From Methanothrix sp. (GTDB lineage Archaea; Halobacteriota; Methanosarcinia; Methanotrichales; Methanotrichaceae): a DNA stretch of 54,056 nt. Under the pieces are notes generated by a model. It saw nothing but the letters and a program-made list of their open reading frames with translations. It was not told the origin of the DNA and did no database searches. Made by a program: the position numbers and the translations under genes. Where the stretch lies: assembly GCA_026394505.1 (NCBI GenBank), contig JAPKYC010000300.1, positions 1 to 54,056 on the forward strand, written 5' to 3'. This document shows, in pieces, positions 9,196 through 18,175 of the stretch; the first letter of the stretch is position 1; each line of letters begins with the position of its first letter.

Positions 9196-9790
9196 ATCTC
9201 TTCCTCCGGATAACTCTGGTGTGCGTATGATTGGTGGGGAAGATCCCATCGACCTTAGCCTGGCCGTACCTCTCTTTTAGCGCATATCTCAGGCCCACCT
9301 CGAAGTCCGAGGCGGGATACCTCTCGGATAGCTCTTCCTCAAAGTCCAAATAGCGCGAAGCCATGGCCCGGATGGTCTTTTGACCCAGGCCCGCCAGGGG
9401 TCTTAAGTATTGCATGTGCAACCGGTCTTCCAGGCTTCGGATAGCGCTAAAGCCCATTTTGGGTGCGCGATCATCCCGCCTTGTCCCGTCCGCTACAAAT
9501 TCGCACTCTTTCGCTACAGTTTCTACTGCAATAGGATGAACATAATTGAGAGCATCATTGGGATAGCCCGTGCAAAGCAGTATCTCCAGGGCCTTTTCCA
9601 GGACGCCATCTTCAAAGACCACCCTCCTATGAAGGTGGTCCAGCTCTCGGGCGGCATCAGCCGCTCTCGTCCAGGCATCGTCGTGGCCGAAGCTGAAGGT
9701 GACAAGCTCTATCTCGTCAAAGAACGGTTCGAGAAGAAGAACCGCCAGGCTGCTATCTTTTCCGCCGGAAAATAAGACTACAACCTTCAT
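9134..9790 (-). CDS. PP-loop (adenine nucleotide alpha hydrolase) family protein
   Basis: [25 protein letters not shown]; conserved member of this archaeal cluster. Confidence 0.88.
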   Translation of the reverse strand: MKVVVLFSGGKDSSLAVLLLEPFFDEIELVTFSFGHDDAWTRAADAARELDHLHRRVVFEDGVLEKALEILLCTGYPNDALNYVHPIAVETVAKECEFVADGTRRDDRAPKMGFSAIRSLEDRLHMQYLRPLAGLGQKTIRAMASRYLDFEEELSERYPASDFEVGLRYALKERYGQAKVDGIFPTNHTHTRVIRRKRFVQEIKGQEDQACQGVQSES

Positions 9791-9802
9791 AATACGGCCG
9801 CT

Positions 9803-10144
9803 TTATCTCCTGGTTATGGTGATATCTCTCTTCGTGGGCTGGGCCTGCTTGAGGATCGCCTTGAGCTGCTCGTCTGTGATTGCGCCCCTCAGCCTGCCGC
9901 TCTGAGCGAGCATGATGAGCTGGCCTTCAATCTGAGAGACGAACTCAGGCTTGGTCATGCGTATCGCATTGAGCCGCTCCCGGGCTTCGGGGGTGAGGAT
10001 GGTCCGCATCAAGTTTGCCTTCTTGGCCTCCATCTCTTGCTGGGCCTGCTCTTGCTGGGCCGAGGCCATCTGCGAATCCATCTGCTGTTTTTGGATCTGA
10101 TCCATCCTCTTTCGTCTTAAATCTGCAAGCTCATCATCAGCCAT
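9803..10144 (-). CDS. PDCD5/TFAR19-like DNA-binding protein
   Basis: [49 protein letters not shown]. Confidence 0.95.
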   Translation of the reverse strand: MADDELADLRRKRMDQIQKQQMDSQMASAQQEQAQQEMEAKKANLMRTILTPEARERLNAIRMTKPEFVSQIEGQLIMLAQSGRLRGAITDEQLKAILKQAQPTKRDITITRR

Positions 10145-10167
10145 ACTTTTTCAGTCCTCGCCTCGCT

Positions 10168-10632
10168 TTATGCCGAATCGGCAGCAGGTTGTGCTGCTGG
10201 TGCCGCCGAGCCTTGCATCTTGCTTCTGATCTTATGGGCTACCCCATCAAGGTATGCCTGACCCGCGGGGGTCATTTGGCGTCCCTTCTTTAGCTTCTTC
10301 ACGTAGCCGGCCTTCTCCAGTTGCTGGAGGGACTCTCTTGCCACTGAGCCGCTGCCCTTGGCAAAGAATCCTGTAGCTACGCCCTTGCGGTGTTTTCCGC
10401 CGTAGAAGCTTCTAAGGCGGGAAACGCCCACCGGGCCGTCGATATATATTCTGCGTAGCACTGATGCGCACCGCACAAACCACCAGTCGGGATTTGTGGG
10501 GGCCATCTCCCTATTTACCCCAGTCTTGGCAAACTCAGCCCATTCGGGGGGCTGAACCTTGCCCGCCGCCTTTAGCTCCTGGGCCACGGCAGCTATTAAG
10601 TCATGGGGAGGTACGTCGTAAACAGTTGTCAA
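10168..10632 (-). CDS. rps19e: 30S ribosomal protein S19e
   Basis: TTVYDVP, PPEWAEFAKTG..RE..P, WWFVRCASVLRRIY, GPVGVSRLRSFYGG; TTG start with GGAGG RBS. Confidence 0.97.
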   Translation of the reverse strand: MTTVYDVPPHDLIAAVAQELKAAGKVQPPEWAEFAKTGVNREMAPTNPDWWFVRCASVLRRIYIDGPVGVSRLRSFYGGKHRKGVATGFFAKGSGSVARESLQQLEKAGYVKKLKKGRQMTPAGQAYLDGVAHKIRSKMQGSAAPAAQPAADSA

Positions 10633-10687
10633 ATCCTTCAATCCTCCAAATGATAAGGAACAAACCAGAACCCTTACGCAGAAACAA

Positions 10688-10703
10688 GTATAAATGCTTT
10701 TTC
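10688..10703 (-). promoter_or_regulatory. BRE/TATA promoter of the rps19e operon
   Basis: Minus strand GAAAAAGC-ATTTATAC about 55 nt upstream of the start. Confidence 0.6.
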
Positions 10704-10774
10704 CGAAGCTTTCTTCCCGGCGGGAATTATTTGAGGCGATTTTCCTCTCAACAATTTCATTCCCAGCGCTTTCC

Positions 10775-11915
10775 GGTGGTCTACCTAAATTAAGTTTATA
10801 TATCTCTTCTTCGAATAACATAGTCGGGGAAGGCAATGAAAGAGAATCAGTTGGTTTCACCAGGTTCATTTTGTTGGAAGAGAGATTGTCCTGACTATGG
10901 CCGCGTGAATCATGGAAATTTGGTCAAGTACGGCAGAACTGCTAAAGGCACGCCGCGCTTGAAATGCAAGACATGCGGGCATGTTTCTGTAGTCAATAGG
11001 GGAACAATATTCTGCGGTCGCCACCATAGTCCTGATACCATTGTGGATTGTTTAGCGCTGCTTGCAGAAAGGAACAGTTTGGCTTCTATTCATAGAACTA
11101 AAGGAATTAAGGAGGAGACCGTTATTGATTGGCTTCGCGAAGCGGCCAACCATGCCGAAGAAGTAGAAAAAATTATGCAGGCCAAATACAATTCAGTTCG
11201 AGTTCAACTCGATGCCATGTGGTCTTACGTAGGCCATAAAGGTGAAAAGGGGGGCGTCCTGAAGAGGCCGATCGAGGTACTTTCTGGCGAGGCACAGCTA
11301 TTGATGCAGATACGAGATTAAGGGTAGGCAGAGCCATCGGAAAGAATGAAGGCGAGGTTGCCCTGGCCATGATGTCTCAGATCAAAGAACGCGGCAATCC
11401 TGAAAGACCGCCTGCAATAGCAAGTGATGGCAATGACAGTTACCCAGAAGCGATGCTTGAGACTTGGGGAACGCTGCCGGAGTACTCAGGAAGAGGACGA
11501 CCCCCGACTCGAAAACAGCCACATCCGGAGTGGAAGTGCATCCAGGTGACCAAACATCGATCGGGCGGGCGGCTGACTGGCATCACTTATAATGTGGTCT
11601 ATGGCAATCCGAAAGAGGTTCGTGATCTGATGGGTCTTAATACAGCTTACGTTGAAAGAACAAATCTGACTTCTCGGCAGATGAATGGTCGGATGGTTCG
11701 AAAGACTCTATCATTTTCTAAAGAGGAAGAGATGCTCGAAGCATCTTGCGCTTGGGAAGATAGCGTTTACAACTTGATGCGACCTGTTAAATCATTACGA
11801 GTTGAGGTTAATGACGGACAGCGACGTTGGCACCAAAGACCTCCTGCTATGGCTGCAGGATTAACCGATCATTTATGGACAGTTGAGGAACTTATGATGA
11901 AAGTAGTGGTTCCTG
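10775..11915 (+). mobile_element. IS1-family insertion sequence; right end apparently truncated
   Basis: Putative left end GGTGGTCTACC at 10775; two-frame transposase; no matching right inverted end seen after ...KVVVPE. Confidence 0.8.
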
Positions 11916-12022
11916 AGAGGAAATCTTGCTTTGATCTGTTCCTCGATGGTTGCCATTTATTGTCCCCTCAATCAGCAGGCGAGCCAAGACCAGCCCCCTC
12001 TGCCATCAGCTTCGAAGCATAA
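10836..12022 (+). CDS. IS1-family transposase, orfA (Zn ribbon + HTH) fused to orfB (DDE) by a -1 frameshift
   Basis: C..RDC...CKTC Zn ribbon; [30 protein letters not shown]; slippery AAAAGGGGGG at 11245-11254; -1 frame open from 11246 ([20 protein letters not shown]..). Confidence 0.88.
11926..11956 (-). pseudogene. Stub of a truncated gene ([10 protein letters not shown]), resembling the N-terminus of a DRG/OBG-type GTPase
   Basis: Strong GAGGGG RBS, ATG at 11956, 10 plausible codons, then runs into the IS. Confidence 0.4.
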
Positions 12023-12032
12023 TAGAATATGC

Positions 12033-12749
12033 CTAAAAGAATCTTGATGCCAGGCTGTGCCTCGTCTCGCAGATATCCGCAGCCCAACAGGCCGGGCAGG
12101 GTGCGTCCTCGGGCCGGTCGGGAAGCTGCCCCTCTTTTATCAGCCTTATTCTGTCTCGAATGCGCAGCACTCGCGCTCTATCCACGCTATGGATCTCAGC
12201 GGCTCGTACCAGGCCAAAGCGCGGATACTCCACCAGTCCTTGATTTATATGAGTCCTGTTCTTCTCGCCTAAAAGCAAAGCATAGCCCGCCAGCATGAGC
12301 CTGTCTCTTTTCCAGATGCCGTCCTCTGGGGCTTTGCCAGTGCGGATGAGAGAAGGAGTGCTGCCCGGTGCCAGACGGTCCAGCCGGCCCGAAAGGCCTA
12401 ACCTATCAGAATAGAGGTCAACCTCTGCCAGGCAGGGAAGCAGAAGGTCCAGGTGCCCGGCCAGGCCCTGGGCAATACCGGCAATCTCTCCTTCCAGCTC
12501 CCGGCAGGCCGGTTCCATCTCATGCGGCTCGATCTCATAAACCAAAGGCAGCTCATCTTCCAGCCTGGCCAGGATCTCTTTGAGTTGGCCTTCCAGATCT
12601 TTTTTTTGGGAAAAAGAGAGCATGAGGCTGCGCAAGAGGATCTGCCTGGCATCGATCTTTTGGGGCATCTTTCCCATGTTTTCAAAGTAAATCAGCCGGG
12701 GGCAGCGCAGATAGAGGCCTATTTCAGAGATCCTGACGAGAGTTTTCAT
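12033..12749 (-). CDS. Solo Cas4-like (Dna2/Cas4 PD-(D/E)xK, Fe-S) protein with degenerate catalytic motif
   Basis: YLRCPR, LSGRLDRL, LAGYALLL, C-terminal CPAC...IC; no cas genes or array in the window. Confidence 0.85.
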   Translation of the reverse strand: MKTLVRISEIGLYLRCPRLIYFENMGKMPQKIDARQILLRSLMLSFSQKKDLEGQLKEILARLEDELPLVYEIEPHEMEPACRELEGEIAGIAQGLAGHLDLLLPCLAEVDLYSDRLGLSGRLDRLAPGSTPSLIRTGKAPEDGIWKRDRLMLAGYALLLGEKNRTHINQGLVEYPRFGLVRAAEIHSVDRARVLRIRDRIRLIKEGQLPDRPEDAPCPACWAADICETRHSLASRFF

Positions 12750-13998
12750 CAGTAGCTCTATGCATCTCATCTTTTAAAAATTTTATCTCATTTTCTTCGC
12801 TCAACGGTTCCGTTCGAATCTTGACCAGCCAGGCGTCCTCCCTTCCCTGCCCATAGGAGCTGGTTATGCCTGCCAGGGTATAGGAGCCATCTCTGCTCTG
12901 AATTACGAAGGTGCCGATATCGTCCGCGCTGCCTCCTAATGTCATAGACCACTCCTCGCGGCCTGAAGAATCGGTCTTAATGATAAGCGCATCTCTTCCA
13001 GTTTTTTTATTGTCTATTCTTCCTGCAATAACAAAACCGCCATCGTTCGTCGATTGCAGGGAAGAGGCCGAGCCACCCTGGTAAGTCCTCTCCCACAGCT
13101 TTTGGCCATCAAGATCCACTTTAATAAGAATGATCCTCTTCTTATCCGAGCCCGATTCCGTCCTGCCTACCACTACATAGCCATCGGCAAGCTCTACAAC
13201 CTGAAAGCCGGCATCATCCTGTTTACCGCCAAAGGTTCTGTTCCAAAGCTCATCTCCCAAGGAATCGGTTTTAAGGAGCCAGATGTCGTCTCCATCTTTG
13301 CCGAAGGATGCCGTCCGCCCTGTCACAATATACCCGCAATCCCGGCTCTGCAAGACGGACATGCCCACATCATCCTCCCGCCCGCCAAAGGTTTTATCCC
13401 AGATCTTGTTGCCCTGTCCATCGGTCTTCAGCAGCCAGAGATCCTTTCTTCCGCTTCCCAGCGATTGGGTGTATCCGGCAGTGATGTATCCTCCTTCATC
13501 GGTTTCATCCACAGACCACCCGCCATCCCCGGAAGAAGATACAAATCCGCCAAAGGTTTTATCCCAACTGAGGCTCCCATTGCCGTCCATCTTAACAAGC
13601 CATAAAAGCTCCTCTCCCATGGCAAAGGATTTTGTGCTTCCCGTGACAATAAAGCCGCCATCTCTCGTCTCTTGCACAAAGTATCCCACATCCTCTCCCG
13701 ATCCTCCTAAAATCCGGCTCCAGATGCATTTTCCCATTACATCGGTTCTGATCAGGAACAGGTCGCTTCCCTCTCCCCTGGATGCAGAATATCCCACCAG
13801 GATATTGCCGCCGTTCTCAGTCTCCTGCAAACACCAGGCCCCATCTCCGTACTGCCCCCCAAAGGTCGAATTCCACTCCTCCTGAGGATCGGCTGCCATA
13901 GCCGAAAAGTAGCCCGGCAGGACAGGGAAAATAAAAATACAAGCAATGAATAAAAAGGCGATCGATCTTATCCGTTTGGGAAAGCTACTGCATTTCAT
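12724..13998 (-). CDS. Secreted beta-propeller repeat protein
   Basis: Signal peptide; about 7 repeats of W..TFGG..DD.G..V..T.DGG.I..G.T.S...G..D.WL.KTD..G. Confidence 0.85.
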   Translation of the reverse strand: MKCSSFPKRIRSIAFLFIACIFIFPVLPGYFSAMAADPQEEWNSTFGGQYGDGAWCLQETENGGNILVGYSASRGEGSDLFLIRTDVMGKCIWSRILGGSGEDVGYFVQETRDGGFIVTGSTKSFAMGEELLWLVKMDGNGSLSWDKTFGGFVSSSGDGGWSVDETDEGGYITAGYTQSLGSGRKDLWLLKTDGQGNKIWDKTFGGREDDVGMSVLQSRDCGYIVTGRTASFGKDGDDIWLLKTDSLGDELWNRTFGGKQDDAGFQVVELADGYVVVGRTESGSDKKRIILIKVDLDGQKLWERTYQGGSASSLQSTNDGGFVIAGRIDNKKTGRDALIIKTDSSGREEWSMTLGGSADDIGTFVIQSRDGSYTLAGITSSYGQGREDAWLVKIRTEPLSEENEIKFLKDEMHRATDENSRQDL

Positions 13999-14013
13999 TC
14001 TCGGCCCCGCGAC

Positions 14014-14511
14014 TTAATCGACGCCCTGGTCCTGGAATTTGACAGTCTTGTCCATCTCGAAGTTCCCGCTCAAAAACATGCGGGAATCTATGCCGCTTTT
14101 GCCCATCTCATGCCGGGAGGCGGTCATGCCGTAGTAGCCGTTGAAACTGCCCTTGGTGCTGGATCCAACATTTGATGAATTGCTTAATGAGCTGTTGATG
14201 CTGATAGTTGAATTAACTGTAGTTGAATTATTGAGGGTGAAATTGCCAGGTGGGCTATTAGACACATTGTCTTCATTGGGCTTGGTAGTAAGCGGCTCAC
14301 TCTTCTTTTCTGCCCTCTCCTGCGTCCAGGAATCAAGCCTGACCAAAGCCTCAGCCATTTTATCCTCCACCTTTTTGGCGTCTGTTCCGGGTGTAAAGAA
14401 AACGGATCCGTCCAGCCCGAGGATACTCGGGGAATCTGATTTGCTGGATGCCGCTTGCAGTAGAGCTGCCGCTGCCACAACCATAAATAAAATTACTATG
14501 ATCCTCTTCAT
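14014..14511 (-). CDS. Secreted hypothetical protein with Asn/Ser-rich linker
   Basis: Signal peptide MKRIIVILFMVVAAAALLQA; clustered NxS/T; C-terminal FLSGNFEMDKTVKF. Confidence 0.75.
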   Translation of the reverse strand: MKRIIVILFMVVAAAALLQAASSKSDSPSILGLDGSVFFTPGTDAKKVEDKMAEALVRLDSWTQERAEKKSEPLTTKPNEDNVSNSPPGNFTLNNSTTVNSTISINSSLSNSSNVGSSTKGSFNGYYGMTASRHEMGKSGIDSRMFLSGNFEMDKTVKFQDQGVD

Positions 14512-14635
14512 AATCCCCACCTTTCGTGCTGCCTTGATTAATCAAGTCCCCAATACAATTTTAACTTTTCTATTTCGCTTTTCAATTTCGCCCTGTGGAT
14601 AGCATTTATCTCTTCCTAAGTTTCATCCTTTTTTT

Positions 14636-16930
14636 GTGTACCTGGACTATTTCCCTTATGAGTCCCTCCGGCCCTACCAGGATAGGATGTTGGACGCGGT
14701 CTATGATGTGGTGGGCAAAGGCGATCATGGTGTGCTGATGATAGACGCGCCCACCGGCACAGGAAAGACGAGCTGCATTTGCGCGGTTTTAGCTGCAGCT
14801 TCAGGGAAGACCGTAGTTGCTGTGCGAACGGTATCTCAGATAGATATCTACATCGACGAGGTAAACAAGATCTGGTCGAAGACCCGGCACAGGCCGGAAA
14901 TAGCCTATATGGTAGGCAAGCAGAAGACCTGTCCCCTGGAAGATGAGTTTCGCGGGGAGAGCGTTTATGCCGGATGCTCCCGACTTCGAGAGTGGACAAA
15001 AAATTATGTCTCCTCAAGGATCGGCAAAAGCAGTGGAAGCATCTATGACCCTGCCTCCGACAGTATTCCCGAGGAGGAGCCCGGCTATCGGACCTTCTGT
15101 CCCTATTACCTGAGAAGCAGAGAGGGCTTCGAGCTGAACGGGACCGTTCACTTCCGGCGTTCAAGTCGTGCTCTGGATGTAGTGGAGGGCTTGAAGAAAA
15201 GAATCACACCTCCATCCCGACTTTCGGAGTCCTGCCAGGGAATCTGTCCTTACGAGATCATGAGCCTCTATGCTAAAAATTGCGACATGGTGATCATGAA
15301 CTATTCCCACCTCTTTTCCCCCGACTTTCAAGATATCATCTTTTCGTGGCTGGAGATGGAATCAGAAAAGGTTTCTCTGATCATCGATGAGGCGCACAAC
15401 CTGGGCGATGCTGTGCGGGCCATGAACTCGCGCCAACTTTCCATGCGCATGATAGATCTGGCGGAAAAAGAGGTAGAGAGGTTCGAGAGCACACTTGGCC
15501 AGGCCCGGCTGGAAGAGACCCGAGAAAAGGCTTCCTGGAGACGGGAGGGAATTAAAGTTATACGCCTTCTTCTTCCCAGGCTGAAGAGATTTTTGATGAG
15601 CAAGCAGGAGAGGATGCAAGAAGGAGAGGCTCTCTTGGACGCAGATTTATTCCGCACCTTCCTTTACGATAGTATCGATGATATTGATGAAGCGCTATCC
15701 AATTTCTCTGATGTTGCCGTGGCTGTAGCCGAACTGAATCTGGCGGAAGGCGATCGCGAGAACCTACAGGGCGACATTCAGCCCAGTTTGGCAATGGTGC
15801 TGCTTTACCTCAGGGATGTGGAGAGCGCGGAAAAGGATTCATCCTATCAGAGAAAGATTGTTGTGAGCAGTTCGGGCGGCCGTAAATTTGCGCGCCTGGA
15901 GGTCAACAATATCGATCCTGCCGCCAATATCCGGCGCATCACCGATAACATCAATGCCACTATTATGCTCTCCGGCACCTTCTCGCCCCTGGAGGCTTAT
16001 GAGCTGTACTGTCTCGGCGAGGAGGGCAGGGCACAAAAGCTCAGTCTGCCCAATCCCTTTCCCAAAGAAAACCGCTTGCTTTTGGCGGCAAAAAAGGCGA
16101 CTACTCAACTGGAGATCAGGGAAGATGCGGACAACAGGGAAGAGATATCCGGGCATATAAGATCGATAATAGAATGCGTTCCCGGCAATGTGGCCATCTT
16201 CTTTACCTCCTACCCCATGATGAACAATTACAGGGAGATATGCCTATCTTCCTGCCGAAAGGTGGGAAAGAAGCTGTGCGTCGAGCCCCGCAGCTCGGAT
16301 GAAGTGCCCTCTATTTTGCAGGAGTTCTTCCGCCTGGCCGGGCGGGGCGGAGGCGTCTTGACGGGTGTATGCGGGGGAAAGCTGGCCGAGGGAATTGATT
16401 ACAAGGGGGAGGCTCTGAATGGTGTGGCGGTAGTGGGCCTGCCCCTGGCTGCATACGATGAGATTCAAAAAGAGATCAATGGCTACTATACCAGAAAGTA
16501 TGGCAGAGCCAAGGGAATGCTCATCGCCTACACCCTGCCGGCCGTCAACCGGGGATTGCAGGCCGCCGGTCGGGTCATTCGCGCTGAATCGGAAAGGGGG
16601 GTGCTCTTGTTCTGCGATCGCCGGTTTGGGGATGACAGCCTGGGCGGCGTCAATGGATTTTTGCCAGATTGGGTGAAAGGGGAATTGACGTTAGTAGATG
16701 CAAAAGAGGGGCGGGAGATTATTTTAAAAAAGATCGCGCAGTGGAAGACTGAGAAATCTCCCCAGAATATGACAAGCCATGAGGAGCTGCAAATGCCAAA
16801 GGGAGCCAAGACAAGAAAGCCGGGCAAAAGAGATCTCCGGGAGCTGGCCAGGTCGCTGGGACTGGGGAGCGCCTCTGCCAAGGAAACTGCCGCAAAATCA
16901 AAAACTGCAAAAAAAAGTTCGGGCGATTGA
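14636..16930 (+). CDS. Rad3/XPD/DinG-family ATP-dependent DNA helicase
   Basis: RPYQ (Q motif), APTGTGKT, Fe-S Cys, IIDEAHNL, SGT, LAEGID, QAAGRVIR, DRRF. Confidence 0.95.
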   Translation: MYLDYFPYESLRPYQDRMLDAVYDVVGKGDHGVLMIDAPTGTGKTSCICAVLAAASGKTVVAVRTVSQIDIYIDEVNKIWSKTRHRPEIAYMVGKQKTCPLEDEFRGESVYAGCSRLREWTKNYVSSRIGKSSGSIYDPASDSIPEEEPGYRTFCPYYLRSREGFELNGTVHFRRSSRALDVVEGLKKRITPPSRLSESCQGICPYEIMSLYAKNCDMVIMNYSHLFSPDFQDIIFSWLEMESEKVSLIIDEAHNLGDAVRAMNSRQLSMRMIDLAEKEVERFESTLGQARLEETREKASWRREGIKVIRLLLPRLKRFLMSKQERMQEGEALLDADLFRTFLYDSIDDIDEALSNFSDVAVAVAELNLAEGDRENLQGDIQPSLAMVLLYLRDVESAEKDSSYQRKIVVSSSGGRKFARLEVNNIDPAANIRRITDNINATIMLSGTFSPLEAYELYCLGEEGRAQKLSLPNPFPKENRLLLAAKKATTQLEIREDADNREEISGHIRSIIECVPGNVAIFFTSYPMMNNYREICLSSCRKVGKKLCVEPRSSDEVPSILQEFFRLAGRGGGVLTGVCGGKLAEGIDYKGEALNGVAVVGLPLAAYDEIQKEINGYYTRKYGRAKGMLIAYTLPAVNRGLQAAGRVIRAESERGVLLFCDRRFGDDSLGGVNGFLPDWVKGELTLVDAKEGREIILKKIAQWKTEKSPQNMTSHEELQMPKGAKTRKPGKRDLRELARSLGLGSASAKETAAKSKTAKKSSGD

Positions 16931-16968
16931 CTTCCAGAAAAGACCGAGGAGACTCGTAAAAAGCATGG

Positions 16969-17313
16969 CTAATCGATCTGAGCCGTCTCCAGCACGTTCA
17001 GAGGTATGGCCCCCAGGGCTTTACCAATAGAGGATTTGGCTATGCGCCCGGCATGCTCCTCAGTTTCTGCATTAAATATCTTGATCTCAAAGAGCAGCGC
17101 CACCAGGGCCGTGCTGGCGACGAGAAATACGCCAGGCAAAGGCTCGCTGCACTCCGGGCAGTCCCACTGGCCCATCTCGACCTCAACGAAGTCCATCTTT
17201 CTCTGATTCAATCGCTTGCCGGCTTCCGAGATGGCCACACCGATGGCGTCGTCTTCGGTCTTGACATCTCTTACCAGCCAGGCACCTTCCAGAAGGACAT
17301 TGAAATTCGGCAT
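16969..17313 (-). CDS. DUF555 (UPF0212) protein
   Basis: AW.VRDV...DDAIGVAISEAGKRLN, CPEC, FNAE..EHA.RIAKS.IG. Confidence 0.9.
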   Translation of the reverse strand: MPNFNVLLEGAWLVRDVKTEDDAIGVAISEAGKRLNQRKMDFVEVEMGQWDCPECSEPLPGVFLVASTALVALLFEIKIFNAETEEHAGRIAKSSIGKALGAIPLNVLETAQID

Positions 17314-17368
17314 TCAAAAAGGCCTTGGAGGACATATCATATAGTCCTTGTGATGATCAAATAACCGT

Positions 17369-18136
17369 GTGTTAATAGTATACAACAGAAAATATGAGCA
17401 AAGATACCCGGCCAACCCTGTGGAAAATCCGGATCGTGTGCGACTGCCGGCAGTTGAGCTGCGAAAGCTTGGCTATCAGTTCATAGAGCCGTCGCCCTGC
17501 AGCCTGCTGCAAATCAGCATAGTCCATGGCAGAGAGCATATCAATCGCGTAAGAGGGAGCGGTCACTTTGAAGCGGCGTCGCTTGCGGCTGGCGGAGCCA
17601 TGGCCGCAGCCGAGCTGGCCGTACAGGGCGAGCCCGCCTTCGCGCTGGTGCGCCCACCGGGGCACCATGCCGCGGCCAACCGAGCCTGGGGAATGTGCTA
17701 CTTCAACAACATGGCCATAGCCGTGCAGAGGATAAGGCCGAGGGCGAAGCGAGTGCTGATCATTGATATCGACCTGCACTATGGAGACGGCACAGTGAGC
17801 ATCTTTCGGGGAGACAATGATGTAAAGATCTCGAATCCGGGATCCGTGGATGCAAACTTCGATTACCTGACACTGGATGCCGGAGGATATCTGAGACAGG
17901 TCGAGGCGGCCCTTCATGGATTCGATTTCGACATAGTTGGGGTCTCAGCCGGTTTCGACACTTACATCGAGGATTGGGGCGAGCTTCTCTCAAATGACGA
18001 TTTCTTCCAAATTGGCAGAGCTATCCGAGAGGCAGCGGAGAAAAATTGCCAGGGGAGGCGCTTCGCCGTTCTGGAAGGCGGATACCATGCCCACTTAAGG
18101 TGCAATATTGCCAATTTCATCCGGGGATTTGAGTGA
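17369..18136 (+). CDS. Histone deacetylase family protein
   Basis: ENPDR, RPPGHHA, GMCYFNN, DIDLHYGDG, SAGFD, LEGGY. Confidence 0.95.
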   Translation: MLIVYNRKYEQRYPANPVENPDRVRLPAVELRKLGYQFIEPSPCSLLQISIVHGREHINRVRGSGHFEAASLAAGGAMAAAELAVQGEPAFALVRPPGHHAAANRAWGMCYFNNMAIAVQRIRPRAKRVLIIDIDLHYGDGTVSIFRGDNDVKISNPGSVDANFDYLTLDAGGYLRQVEAALHGFDFDIVGVSAGFDTYIEDWGELLSNDDFFQIGRAIREAAEKNCQGRRFAVLEGGYHAHLRCNIANFIRGFE

Positions 18137-18175
18137 CAACTCCTATGCCCATCTCGATAATGTCCCTATGCTTAT

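Noticed and set aside
10633-10869. 79-aa N-terminal extension of S19e in the ORF track
   Set aside because: It spans the promoter and IS left end; the true start is the TTG at 10632 with an RBS
12033-12749. CRISPR-Cas locus
   Set aside because: Only a solo Cas4-like gene; no repeat-spacer array or other cas genes seen
12724-13998. Link between the secreted propeller protein and the sheath propeller
   Set aside because: Different repeat consensus, has a signal peptide, and lies outside the operon
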